Origin: Vermamoeba vermiformis
Taxonomy: Eukaryota
DNA length: 64,000 nt
Assembly (NCBI GenBank): GCA_045837725.1
Contig: JBEWZL010000022.1
Location: forward strand, 62,001 to 126,000
Reading direction: 5' to 3'
The translations under genes and the position numbers were made by a program. The notes under the pieces were generated by a model, which saw only the letters and a program-made list of their open reading frames with translations, was not told the DNA's origin and made no database searches. Below, piece after piece: positions 14,401 to 27,117 of the stretch (position 1 is its first letter; every line of letters begins with the position of its first letter).

Positions 14401-16415
14401 GCTTCAAGGTGAAATTCACTGAGCTTGAAAAGCCATTGACATTGTACGCTTCACCACGTATAACTAGTCCGTTGTCTTGCTCGCTCAAGGGCCACAACAT
14501 GAGCTCCGGCAAGTCTTTGAAAAACTGAAACTCGGCGCCACGGAACCATCGGTACTGCACTCCTTGGCCTGTTGCATTGATGTACAACACGGGCGACTGG
14601 CCAACGAAGTAGAAAAGTGGCGAGTCTGAATGGCCTGTGATCTCGGGAGCTGGTTCAGGATGAACCCACATTAGCGGACCAAATGTCGAGCCAGATGGAT
14701 TCACGGCCTCTAATTGGTAACTCGTTGATACTATAGCGGGATCCAGCTGCACTTCTAATGTAGTTTCATTTCGCAGAATGATTGTGTTGTTGTTTTTGAT
14801 CCACCGGAAAGACATGTCTTCACCCGTCACAAGATTCGTTAAGTCCAAGATGATGGTCTGATTTAGCAGCGTAAAATACTCGAAAGGATAATTCACAAGG
14901 AATTCTGGCCGAGGCTTGATAAGAAGGGTCATTGGCTCGGAATCCACGACCCCGTTAGGATTGGAGACTCGGACAACCACTTCAGCGGAGCTGGTGAGGT
15001 CTGTTGCTGTTATTTGAATAGACGTAAGTCCAGTTGCTCGTTCTTCCAAAATTCCGTTAATGAACCACTCGTATTGCAAGCTCTGACCAATAGCAATGAC
15101 GGAGAAAGTCACATCTTGCGTGGGCCACACGGATCCCGGATCTACCGAGAGCGATGCTATAACAGGCGGAGGATATGCCAGAATAGTACTAACATCCGAT
15201 GTGATAGTATGGCCGTTTGCACTGACGCTAACGACGTAGTGTGTGTCATTGTCAGCGAAACTAAAATTCGTTACGTTGTAACTTGGCGCAGTTGCTCCTC
15301 TAATTGGAATGCCTTCTCTGAACCATTGAAAGTTGACATCGAAGTTCCCTCCTGAGTTAAATAGATTAGAATCGAACGTGCTGAAAATTTGTCTTACTTA
15401 ACACTTGCACATCCAGCTGGATCGAGTCACCAAGAAACAGAAAAATTTCGCTTGGCGGGTTTGCAATGATAGCAAATGGCGAGCTATACAGCACTATTTG
15501 TAGCTCTGTGTGTTGGTCGCATGCAGCCTCAATTCTTACGGAATATTCGCCGTAATCTGCGGGGTGAAAGTTCGCAAAGTTTAAAGAATTGGCTCGGGAG
15601 ATTATTCTTCCTTCTTTGCTCCAAATGAATTGAAGATCTGGCCCAGTGGCGTCTACTTGCAAAGTAAATGGTCTTCCAACTTCCGCTTGCAATATAGGAC
15701 TGAATTGGCGAATTACGAGGGGCGGACAAACCCTGAGCGTAGCTGCGTTGGATGTGACACTTGCTTGACAGGCATCTTGAAGGCGAACGGAATATTGACC
15801 ACCATGGGCAAGCTGAACGGATGATATCGCATATGTGGGTTGCCTAGCACCAGCTATCGGTTGGCCGTTAAACAGCCATTGATAAGAGAGTTGAGATCCA
15901 GATGCGCTGACAAAAAACTGAACTGGATGCCCAATCAAAGCTTGTTCATTATTAGGTTGTTGGCCGATTGATAAGGGTAGACAACGTAGATTAAAGACGG
16001 GCGAAAAGGGTCCTGATATAAGGGCAGGAACACGGCAACCGGAACTGCGGCGGTTGTATTGAAGTCTGAAACGTCCATCTCCAATTCTATCTACATTCCA
16101 TTGATAGGACATGACCGACATTGAAAGAGTCGCAATTATTGAACACCCTTGTGTTTGTGTGCCGGGACAAAACTGGATTTGATAACCATCGCAAACAGCA
16201 AATGGCCATTGCCATCTAAATTGAATAGATTGCCCAAAGTTAACTACTCCGCCGTTTGGAGTAACAATAAGCTGACCTAATAAACAAAATAGTAATTTTA
16301 ATCCACACAAAATAAATACACGGGATTTTATTTGCTTACCAGTTGCCTCGCCAAAGTAAATTGGCAACAATAAAATTAATATGCCAAAATATTTTGCTTC
16401 TACTGCAGTCTTCAT
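11455..16415 (-). CDS. Single-pass receptor protein kinase with ~11 Ig-like ectodomain repeats and a TKL/Entamoeba-TMK-like kinase domain
   Basis: Signal peptide; repeated ~85-aa units with Y-x-W and G-x-Y-x-V motifs; TM IVVFVGGALIAGVILTIIFV followed by RRK. Kinase motifs GSGSYGVV, VAVKKL, HRDIKPEN, DFG and GTPIYMAPE. The ORFs join through short GT-AG introns. Confidence 0.9.
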
Positions 16416-16819
16416 AGCATTAAAGTTAGCAAAAATAAAGAATAAGATTTAAATCTTCGTGATGACAAGTGACAGAGCGGCTAAATCCCGACCTATTTCT
16501 TTGTCGTATTTCTTCAGTTTCAGTTCAAATCTAATTATGATCAATGCTGCATTTTACGGTAGTTCGGTCCACATCCACTAATTCATTTTGTCGTAGTCTA
16601 CTTGACGTGGTGCTCGAGACATTGTTTGAGAGTATCAATACGGTTTCATAAAGGCTCATATTGGCTTTACTCGAGACGAACGCTGAGAATAAACAAAAAC
16701 ATCAAATTGGATGCGAGCGAAAACCCGATTAGTTTATTCTCTGTTGTTACCAGCAATAGTGAAACACAATTTATTAATTTGTATATATATCATTATGTTA
16801 TGTAGATAAAGTACGCAAA

Positions 16820-19800
16820 ATGACAAAGAAACCAGAAGAAGGCGGTAAGTTGAAACGAGATCGATCTCGATCTAATTCAATCAAAAATGTACTTGTTCGC
16901 TCAATAATAATTAAAATATTATTTTAGATGTAGAAGTAGGCGTTGTAGGCTTTACTTTGCTTCCAGACGAACTGGATGAATTTATGGGCGATCACGCAAC
17001 CGAAAAATTAGCATCAATTGATAATGGCATTCAATATATTAGTAAAGGCTTATGCACGAGCTTGCACGATGGATTGACAATGGAGGAAGCTGAATCCGGA
17101 TTTGTTGAAAGAAAACAACGGTAATACTTTTTTGAATAGAGAGAATTAATATTGACGGTGTCTATATAGTTATGGAAGCAATATTTATCCGGAATATCCT
17201 CAGCCACATTATTTCGTCTTCTTAGGACAGTCGTTCAAAGATCCAACAATGATTATTCTTTCTATCGCTGCCGTCGTGTCCCTCGTTCTTGGTGTCCTGC
17301 CCATACCCGAGTCTCAAAATGCCGGACCACAATGGATTCAAGGCCTCGCGATTTCTATCGTAGTTATCGTTCAAACAAATGTTATGGTATGGATCGGGAG
17401 TGTACACAGCTTAGAAATTTATTTTAATGCAAATTGTTCAGGCTGCTAATAACTACAATATGGATACACAATTTAGAAAGCTTAATAGACAACGAAACGA
17501 TGGAAAAACGAAAGTGATTCGATCTGGCGATGAACATCAAATAGACACGTCAGAAGTTAATGTAGGCGATGTTATTGTCTTAGAGCAAGGAGATTTCGTG
17601 CCTGCTGACGGCTTGTTTATTCGCGGACATCAATTGCAAGTCGACGAATCAAATATGACGGGAGAATCAGATCTCGTACACAAGTCGGAAAACAACCCGG
17701 TGCTGTTCTCAGGCTCGCACGTTATTGAAGGTTCCGGTCGAATGATCGCACTCAGAGTCGGAGCTAATTCCGAATGGGGCAAAAACTTGGCCCAATTGAA
17801 GCCTTCTAACGAATTGACACCTCTTCAAAAACGCCTCAACAAGTTGGTCATTTTGTTAGGAAAGATCGGCTTAGTTTGCGCGGCCATTGTATTCGCGTCA
17901 CTGACGATATACTGGCTCGTGAACGAAGTTGTTGGACAAGAATGGGAGTGGGGCAAGCTTCGTCGAGTCGTGGAATTTTTCATCGTTGCTGTCACACTCG
18001 TCGTGGTGGCTGTGCCCGAAGGACTTCCGTTGTGTGTCACAGTATGCTTGGCTTTCACTATGGGAAGAATGCTGAAAGACAAGTGCTTGGTCCGACGCAT
18101 GTCTGCATGCGAGGCTATGGGTGGCGTGACTGCCATTTGCAGTGACAAGACTGGCACATTGACTGAGAACAACATGACCGTTGTACAGGTAAGCCGTTAT
18201 AATGCAACATTACATGTGTCCTAACGTATATAGGGTTGGATTGGTGATCGAGAATTTGCATCGTTACGTGAAAAAGAAGAACTTGGCCTCGGATCTGCAT
18301 TGAAAGACACACTCGCGCAATCGATTGCAATCAACTCCAAGGCATTTATATATCAAAATGAAGACAAGATCGAGTTTATCGGTAGCAAAACCGAGTGTGC
18401 CATGCTGATGTTCCTCGGGAACATTTTGGAAGAAGATTACAAACCGATTCGAGAAGCCACGGAAGTCATCAGGATGTAAGAGCAAACTCGGTTATTATAC
18501 TTACGTATATATGCTAACAATATTTTATAGCCAGGATTTTACTTCTGACACGAAGATGATGAGCACGTGGATCAAGAGCGGAGGTGGTGGAGTTCGACGA
18601 CTTGTCAAAGGAGCACCTGAAATCGTGTTGAATCAATGTACGAAAATGATGGATAACAATGGCGAGGTCATTGATATGACGGATGAGACTCGGCAACAGC
18701 TGTTCAGCCTGGTTGATGGCATGGCCAAAAAAGGCAAGGCAAACAACTTTTGACCAAATTTGGTCTAACACTCAATTACAGCTCTACGAACAATCTTGTT
18801 GGCGTATATTGATGGAGAGGTTGAAAGTGATACATATGCTATTGATATGACCTTCGTATCTGTTTTTGGCATCGAAGATCCGTTGCGTGTCGAAGTTCCT
18901 TTTGCAGTTGACAATTGTAAAAACGCGGGAATAACAGTGCGAATGATCACTGGCGACAACATCCAAACAGCTAAAAAGATCGCGGAGCAGTGCGGTATTT
19001 TAACTCCGACTGGCATTGCGATGGAAGGCACAACTTTCGAGAGCCTTTCTGACGATCAAATTGACGACGTGTTGCCGCGACTTCAAGTTCTCGCCAGATC
19101 TGCTCCGAGACATAAACACAAACTAGTCAAGCGGTACGTTAAACTTAACCTACTAGGCGGATACTAATATTTAATCGTAGATTAATTCAAAATGGTGAAT
19201 TAGTAGCTGTTACAGGAGACGGGATTAACGACGTGTTGGCGTTGAGCGAAGCTAACATTGGCATAGCTATGGGTGTGACTGGCACTGACGTCGCTAAAGA
19301 AGCTTCAGGTAAAGCTAGTTGTCATATATTATATGTCTATATTATACTAATGATGTCTAGATATCATCGTCTTGGATGATAACTTCGCATCCATCACGAA
19401 GACGGTACTTTGGGGCAGAACGGTCTACGAAAACATTCGAAGATTTTTGCAGTTCCAATTGACGATCATTTTGACGACATTAGTTGTCACAGCTGTTGCG
19501 GCCGTATCGGGCTATGGTATCCCGCTCAAGGCCATTCAATTGCTCTGGGTCAATCTGTTCATGGACTCCATAGCGGCCTTAAGTTCATCGATTGATAAGG
19601 CCTCGCCGAAGCTATTGGATCAAGAGCCTTATGGAGCTCATGGAAGTATTCTCACGTTGAAAATGAAGCGAAATATCATGTCACAAACGATCTTTATGGT
19701 AACGTCACATAGTCACTTTGAAGCCACTCGTGCTCGTCCTAATATCATATTCATAGTGCGTGATCTTATTTGTTATATTATACGCGGGTCCTTATATTTG

Positions 19801-20250
19801 GATGTATGAGAACGGATCTGCTTTGCTCACTCCGAACGCGCATTACACGATGGTTTTCAACACCTTCGCGTTGATGCATATTTTGAATTTATTGAACTGC
19901 AGACGCATCCATGACGGTATGTTGATACTATATATAAATATAAGTATGCTAAATAGAACTATTTTTCCAGAAATGAATTTATTCGAGACGATCCAGCATA
20001 GCTGGGTTTTGTTGGTGTCGCAAGCGGTCGCTATTATTGCACAAGTTATTATTGTACAATATGGCGATGCTGTATTCTTTTGCATGCCGTTGAATTGGTA
20101 CCAATGGCTGTCGTGCGTGTTTTTGGCGTTGTTGGTCTACCCGATCCGTAAGTAGAACCTTTTAAACCCAGAAAAGTATTTATATTAACGTATGGTATTA
20201 TAGGATACATTTCCATGTACGCCTTCCCGGCAAAGCGACACAAAAAATAA
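16820..20250 (+). CDS. P-type Ca2+-ATPase, P2B (PMCA/PAT1-like), multi-exon
   Basis: Motifs [49 protein letters not shown] and [10 protein letters not shown]. The stop position is inferred from the last splice. Confidence 0.93.
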
Positions 20251-20456
20251 ACGTTGGCGACAAATTCGGAGATTCAGCCGCTCAGATGAATCTTTTCGCG
20301 TTCCAGACGCTTTCAAGACGAAAATTCAATACCCGTAGGCACGTCAAGTACTGTTTTAGGCGAAAGGTATTCGTGATTGTGGTTCCAGGGAGACAACAAA
20401 AAGGCAAAAGCCAAATTTAGTATTTTATAATTATTTTTCAAGCCAGCAACACACAA

Positions 20457-23400
20457 ATGCAGCGCATAATCGTTGTCTTGTCAGTGTTTGTCTTGATTCA
20501 CTCCGGAGTGGTGCTATGTCAACGTCCTGCGCCGCCTCGTAAGCAGATTTACAACGCTCGATCGAACGAATTCTAATTTGTTTATTTAAGCTGATGCGCA
20601 ATTATGGGTTATGGATAATACACTAAGAGATGCATTTTACATCTTTGATGCGTTCAGTAATGCCAACGTTGATATCGTAAATACTTCTTGCATCTGTAAG
20701 TTAGGCCCGAATTATTTTTATTTTTAAATCTAAATATTTATTATAGTGAACGGTGATACTGGATATGATGCTGCTGTAGCTACCGATGGCAATATTTGGT
20801 TTTCGGCGGGAATCACTGGTTTGCAAGCTTTCGATCCCGTTACAAGTAAGTTTAATAAATTGACACTTTAAAACACAAAATTATATAAATTGCTGAAAAT
20901 GTTCGTATTTTAGTACACTAAGATAATCATATTTACTTACTTTAATGACAGGAACCTGTGGAGCGTTCGTAAATTTGGGTGGATCCGTTACGACAGCGAG
21001 CCATATTTCAGTGGGCCTTGGGGGCAAATACATTTATTATATTGGTGACGGTAAGTCATATTATTTCTTTATCGTATATTTAGACAATTTTACCGAGAAA
21101 GGTTATCGAATCTGGGATGTACATCCGTTACAAATTTTTGCAAGCTTCCATTCTGATTCCAATTTGTATTCATAGATAGTATTTGGCGTATGAATATTCA
21201 AACTCAAACCTCTGAAGTATTTCTCGATCCGCCCTCAGCCGCAGTTTACTTTGCCGGGTTTGGCTTTCAAAATGGCAAAATGTATACTAGCCTTCAATAC
21301 AAAGTTGTCGCTAATGATACGCAAATACTTAATACTTATGATTACGACAGTAAGTTAACCGAAAAAAGAACAAGATCCGAAAAACCAAAATTTATTAATA
21401 TTATTTTTTTTTAATATTTTGTAGTTTCCAAGGACGAGCCTATTGTGCCTGCTGCGACAGAAGACACGTGGGACCCTAGTCCAGTGAATTATTACCGCGC
21501 ATTCTACAAGTTTAAAAAGTGCCCACGAGACTCTTCGTACTTTTGCGGCCAAACTACTTACGCGCCTGGACAGTGGGTCTGGAGCAGTTTGGTCAACGGA
21601 TCTGATTCTTGGATCGCTATTGATACTTATGTACCGTCCTATTATGGAGCTTACGTAAGTTTAAAGCCGGATCCAGGCCGCTGATCGGCCGTCCAAAAAT
21701 TTCAAATCAGATCCTACATCCGATCTCCAAAACAATTTTTTAATTCTTAATTGTTTAATAGTTCTGCGATTATTATACTGCACCTTGGGGCTTCATGTAC
21801 GCAACGACTGATATTCCTGGGTTCTATTCTTACGACTACACAACGGCAAACACATCCGTTTCGATCTCGCCATTTACTATTGAAGACACAATTAAGTATG
21901 GTTCTTTCGTAGCATTAATAGGTAAGTCTTTAACGAAAGACATCGCATATAATGTTTATAAAGAAGTTGTCCCTATAGCATCAAAACGAAAAATTTTGGC
22001 GAGTTTAATCGCTCTATTATCCGTGGATAAATAACGAAAAACTTGCCATTTCCACCGTTTTTGCTCAAATAATTAAATAGTAATAATTATTATTCATATT
22101 ACGACAATACAGCTGTTTGCATAATTGATATCATCTCGGTTTTTTCAAACAAGCCTAATAATTTTATTATTTGAATTGACAGAATATGTTCAATTATGCA
22201 GATTTGACTATATTTAACTAATTATTTTTACGTTATAGGAGCACCATACATATCTATCCAAGACTACAGCGGCGTATGCTTTGCCGAAGTGTATTTCAAC
22301 TCGTACTACTGGGTGACCAAGTACGCGATTGAAGTGAAGAACAGCGCGACTGGCCTGTTTGAAGACTACTACGTCATGAATGATGTCGTTGTCGATGACG
22401 TCGAGTCGCGCTATGTCAATATGGAGGTCGTCTGTGATTCGCCGAAAAAATCGTAAGTCCATTATACATCAATAGTACTAGCTGGCATTACCGTCATTTG
22501 GTATATTGGCTAGCTTGATTGCCATATTAGGCAATTTCGTGAAATTTCGTGATGTTTAAGCATGGGTTTTTTGATCAGAATTTTTTACTATTATCAAACA
22601 TCAATTTTTGAATCAATAAGACGGTTCTACGAGCATATATGTTTTATATAACTTTTTCCTAAAAAGGAAATCTAATTGGTTCAACGCAGGTTCCGAATTC
22701 GCTTCGAAGGAAACACGGATCTGTCCGACAACGTTTACACGCTGTACACGACCGTCGATTGCAGTTGTGTTTCAACACCAGTAGCACCAGTCTTGGACGC
22801 CAATGTTGTGCCTATTTTGGAATGCATTGAAAAAGTGGACGATACGAACTATGTCGTTCATTTGGGCTATGAAAATCTTCAAGGCTACGCGGTGTACATT
22901 CCCGTGGGAGATTCGAACAAGTTCAGTGATATTTCCGATCGAAATCAACCTACCGTATTTAGAGAAGGCCGAACAAGTACGTACAAAAATTTTATCAATT
23001 TTATTTTTTTCACAGGATCTAATAATTTTATTTCCTTTTTTAGACTTTTATCCTGCTTCCGAGTTCTCATTTGTAACGGTTGATACTTCGATCAGTTGGT
23101 TCTTGAGTTATTATCAGTTGCCAATTGACACGCAGAACACGGCCGTTTATTGCCCGTCAAGTCTGCGCGTAGAATTGCGATTTTTCTATTCAATCCTAGA
23201 CCCTAACGACCAGACCATCGAAGCTGTACGAGTGGCTATGGCACAATACCTTAAAATCTCCGAGACACGTGTCACAGTCGTCAACTACCAAGTTGCACCG
23301 TTCACGGGTAAACGCTCGGGACTTGCTGGAGGAAATAACGTCACTCTCGAAGCGGAGATTGGCGCCGCCAAGCCTAATTCACAAGAACCAAGTGCATCGG

Positions 23401-23666
23401 ATAGCGTGACGAATCTGGTTCAAGCTTCTAAGAACACGACTTCGGCGGATCAGATCATTGATCCGAGCGGAAAAGATCCAGACAGCAAAATAATTGGAGT
23501 TAAGCCACTTGCCACTGGTTTGGAACAGGCGGGAGGTGCACAGCCTGGAGCTAAGCCTAGAGGTCCTTCGACTCCTGGCAGTACCTCTGAGGCACAAGGT
23601 AGATCCGCTGTTGTGTCATTTGCCACGTTAGCTTTGGTTATGTTGCTACTCTTGTTTGCCGAGTAA
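20457..23666 (+). CDS. Secreted, probably GPI-anchored surface protein: aromatic/beta-rich N-terminus, PILEC...GYEN domain, SEA-like C-terminal module
   Basis: Signal peptide MQRIIVVLSVFVLIHSGVVLC, many short exons, a Ser/Thr/Pro linker and a hydrophobic C-terminal tail (AVVSFATLALVMLLLLFAE*). Confidence 0.7.
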
Positions 23667-23883
23667 GATGTAAGATTAATATGACGTTATAAAATAATAT
23701 TAAAAACCGCTAGCGAGGATAAAGCAAATCGCAGGCCTTCGTTTTTGATCATTTTAATTTTGTTTGAAAATTTTTGGTCTGACATTGCATTACTACGGCT
23801 AACAATACAATCAGGAGATACAGACATTATTAATAATGCGTGTTTATTGGTTTGCAGTTAAAGGCAACGCAGATCCACAGCTC

Positions 23884-24791
23884 TTACAAGACGAAACCGA
23901 AAACAGCAACAGCAGCACCAACAATAGAGAATGAGGTCAGTGAAGCTGATGACGCCTTAGCGGGTGTTGTCACGGCAGCAGGAACCTTGGAGGGGACACT
24001 AACGGGAGCAGTACTTGGTGTTCCAGCAGCATCCGTGGTCGGGGCTGTTGTTCCGGGAGTGCCGCTGGCAGAGTCGCAGAGTAACAAGGCAATAACTCCA
24101 CTTACATCATCAATTGCACATTGATGGTTCTGAATCGTGGTGATAGCAGCGTCGCATCCGTAATTGTCCGCTAATTGCACTTTTGAGCCAGAATTGTCAC
24201 ACGAGGAAAACTTAAAGCTGGTCTGACGATTATCGGCATCAGTAGTGACAAAAGGTCCGTAGTTCATGCAAACATCAGGCTTGGCTATTGTTACAAATTT
24301 TTCGTTAGATTTGCTAACGGAAACAAAAATAACGGTAAGCGTTACAAATGAAAACTGACCTGCATAAGTATAACTATTAATTTCATTCACCAACCGACAA
24401 TCGCTGTTCACCAGTGACTTTGGAGTCGCGAGAAAGTAGATAAATTCGCTCTCTCCTTCAAGAACAAGGTCCGCTTGGTTTTTTTTGACGTCGTAGTATT
24501 GACCACCTGATGTAGCTGTGCATGAAACCGTACGAAATACGCTCTATTGAATATTATTCTATTAGTTTTTTTGCCACTTGTTGTCAATTTTCAACCCGAA
24601 GCAACGGATTTATAAACTTTGGGGTTGGCCTATAAAATATGCAATACCTCGTCATAGACGCTAGCTGGCGCGTTAATAAATCCAATCACGTTTGTCACTG
24701 AGCAGCCGCTGCTGTTATAAACAGAAAGACGAACATCCGATCTGGCGTAGCCGATCAAGCAGAGAAAAGCAATAACAGTGGCGATCTTCAT
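23884..24791 (-). CDS. Small Cys-rich GPI-anchored surface protein, array copy 1 (3 exons)
   Basis: Signal MKIATVIAFLCLIGYARS, a Cys-containing domain, a Thr/Pro/Ala stalk and GPI-type tail ASSASLTSFSIVGAAVAVFGFVL*. Homologous to copies 2-4. Confidence 0.8.
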
Positions 24792-24920
24792 ACTATGTAT
24801 ATTATAATATATCAGTTGTGGTTAGAATGTGAGTAACGGAAAAAAAGCAAAAGGTAAAACAAACTCCGAAAATTTATCGGCATCAGCACCGGAGTTGAAA
24901 ATCACATCCGTTCAATGAGA

Positions 24921-24940
24921 ACCCTTTTATACGTCATGCA
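24921..24940 (-). promoter_or_regulatory. Putative TATA box with overlapping TGACGT motif upstream of array copy 1
   Basis: Minus strand reads GCATGACGTATAAAAGGGT about 135 nt upstream of the ATG. The same motif is conserved upstream of copy 2 (26721-26739). Confidence 0.4.
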
Positions 24941-25242
24941 TTATGGTTAAAAAATTGAAGAACATCTTAAATGAAGAAAGAATTGTTTCGCCGATAAATT
25001 TCTAAATTAGGCAATTAATTTGGTTTGAGATCCGTTTCTGCTTTGGTGCTTATTGAACTGTCGTTAGCATCGGTAATGATTATTTGCACTCCGGATCACG
25101 GATTTTCGTCAAATTATGTGACAACAATTAGCTTGTGCCGATCTTAAGGCAGCTTTTAAACATACGAAAATTACGTTATTTTAAATATGAATCAAAGTGG
25201 CGTATCGATTAAATTTTAATGTCAGCGGTTTGGGAGCACATC

Positions 25243-25465
25243 CAAGGCAGATCCACAGCACCAACAATCGAAAATGAAGTCAACGAGGCTGATTATGCCT
25301 TAGTGGGCGTTGTCACGGCAGAACACAAATAGGGGTGTTGTCTTCGTCGGCCACGGAAAACAATTCCGAAGTTCATGCACACATCAGGCTTGATTATGAT
25401 TAAATTTGAGTCGAACGGAAACCAAAAATCCGATCAACGACAACACTGACCTGTGTAGGTGACGT
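25243..25465 (-). pseudogene. Internally deleted remnant of the GPI-protein family
   Basis: Contains fragments matching the 3' UTR (ggcagatccacagc), the GPI-tail codons, the exon-3 start (gttcatgcacacatcaggctt) and the exon-2 end. The stop region, most of exon 3 and exon 1 are missing. Confidence 0.8.
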
Positions 25466-25686
25466 TGATTGTAAAGGGAATCCAAAAAAATTTAAATATT
25501 TGAAAATTAAAAGGAAAATAATTATTAGCGCGAATTAACTTTCCCATAATAGATTTATCGATTTGTGACACTTGCTTTGGGAACGTATTTATTATGTTAT
25601 GCATGAACTAATAATGAACTGTGATGATGATTGCGTTACATTTAATAATAACGGAGTTAAGAAAAGGCAAGGCAGATCCGCAGCTC

Positions 25687-26594
25687 TTACAAGAAGAAAC
25701 TGCAAGAGGCGACAGCGGCACCAACAATCGAGAATGAAATCAAAGAGGCTGATGATGCCTTAGAGGGTGTTGTCACGGCCGTAGGAACACTAATTGGGGC
25801 AGCAATGGGTTCGGCGATTGGTTCCGTGGTCAACGGGGTTGGTGTTGCTCCAGGAGGGGCGGGAGCCTGGGGACAATAGAATCCGAGGTGAAGACTATTC
25901 ACTGTGTCTGATGCACATGTGGCGTCCTGCATATTGATTGCTTGTGCGCTACATCCGAAACCAGATGAGAAGAAGAGATCGGCAGCGCCGTTTACGCATG
26001 AAGTAGCCTTAAATGAATAGGTAACGTTGTCTGCGTCGTCCACGGCTGTAGGTCCGTAGTTCATGCAAACATCAGGCTTAACTGTGATTAACGAGAGTCA
26101 GATTTGAGTCCTCTAAAACGGAAAAAAAATTAGATTTGTAAAAAAACTTACCTGCGTAGGTGAGTGCAATATTTTCATCCATATCTGTACAATCCTTACT
26201 ACCCACATAGGCGAAAGATGCAAGTAGAGCGTAAGCCCAATCTAGTGAGAATTCCAAAACGAACTCACCAAGGCCTTTTTGAATGTCATAGTATTGCCCG
26301 TCAGATGAAGGTGTGCATCCGATGGAGCGATAGTAATTCTGTTTGAAAATCAGTATTATTCAACCGACATCAGTATTATTTACTGTATTCACAACTTGCC
26401 GCGACAACTGATATTTAGTTTTACTAAAAAGGCTAAATTATTGGCAAACGTACCTCTGGATAAACGGATGGAATGTTAATAAATCCAATGCGACTCGAAT
26501 TTGAGCAGTCGCTGCTTGTGTAAACGGAAACACGAACAGCTGATCTTGCGTAGCCAATCAAGCAGAGAATAGCGATAACAATGGCGATCTTCAT
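25687..26594 (-). CDS. Small Cys-rich GPI-anchored surface protein, array copy 2
   Basis: MKIAIVIAILCLIGYARS; same 3-exon structure as copy 1; tail ASSASLISFSIVGAAVASCSFFL*. Confidence 0.82.
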
Positions 26595-27117
26595 ACTATG
26601 TAGTTATACTATGTCAGGTGTTGTGGTTAGAATGTGAGCAATAGAATAAAAGACAAAAAGCAAAACTCCGAAAATTTATCGGGATCAACATCGGTCGAAA
26701 ATAGCAGCCGTTCAATGCAAACCCTTTTATACGTCATGCGATATGATGCAAAATCGAAGTATATCTTTAAATGACAGAATGACTTGTGCGGAACCATTTG
26801 CCGGACACTATTTCTAAATTAGGCAATTAGTTTAGTTTGCGGTCCGTTTCTGCTTTGGTGCTTATTGTACGTTCATTAGCATTGGTAATGATTATTGCTA
26901 TCCGGATTGATGTGAAAACAAGCTGTTACCGGATCTTGTCCTCTTTAAGCCGAAACGAATTTTAAATATGGTTCAAAGTTGTGCATCGATTTTCATTATT
27001 TTTTGTGGGATATGATTTGTAATGCTCGAACTGCCAATAAATGAAATGCTACAATGATTGCATTCGATTTAATATTAACACAGCGAGTTAAGAAAAAACA
27101 AAGCAGATCCACAACCC

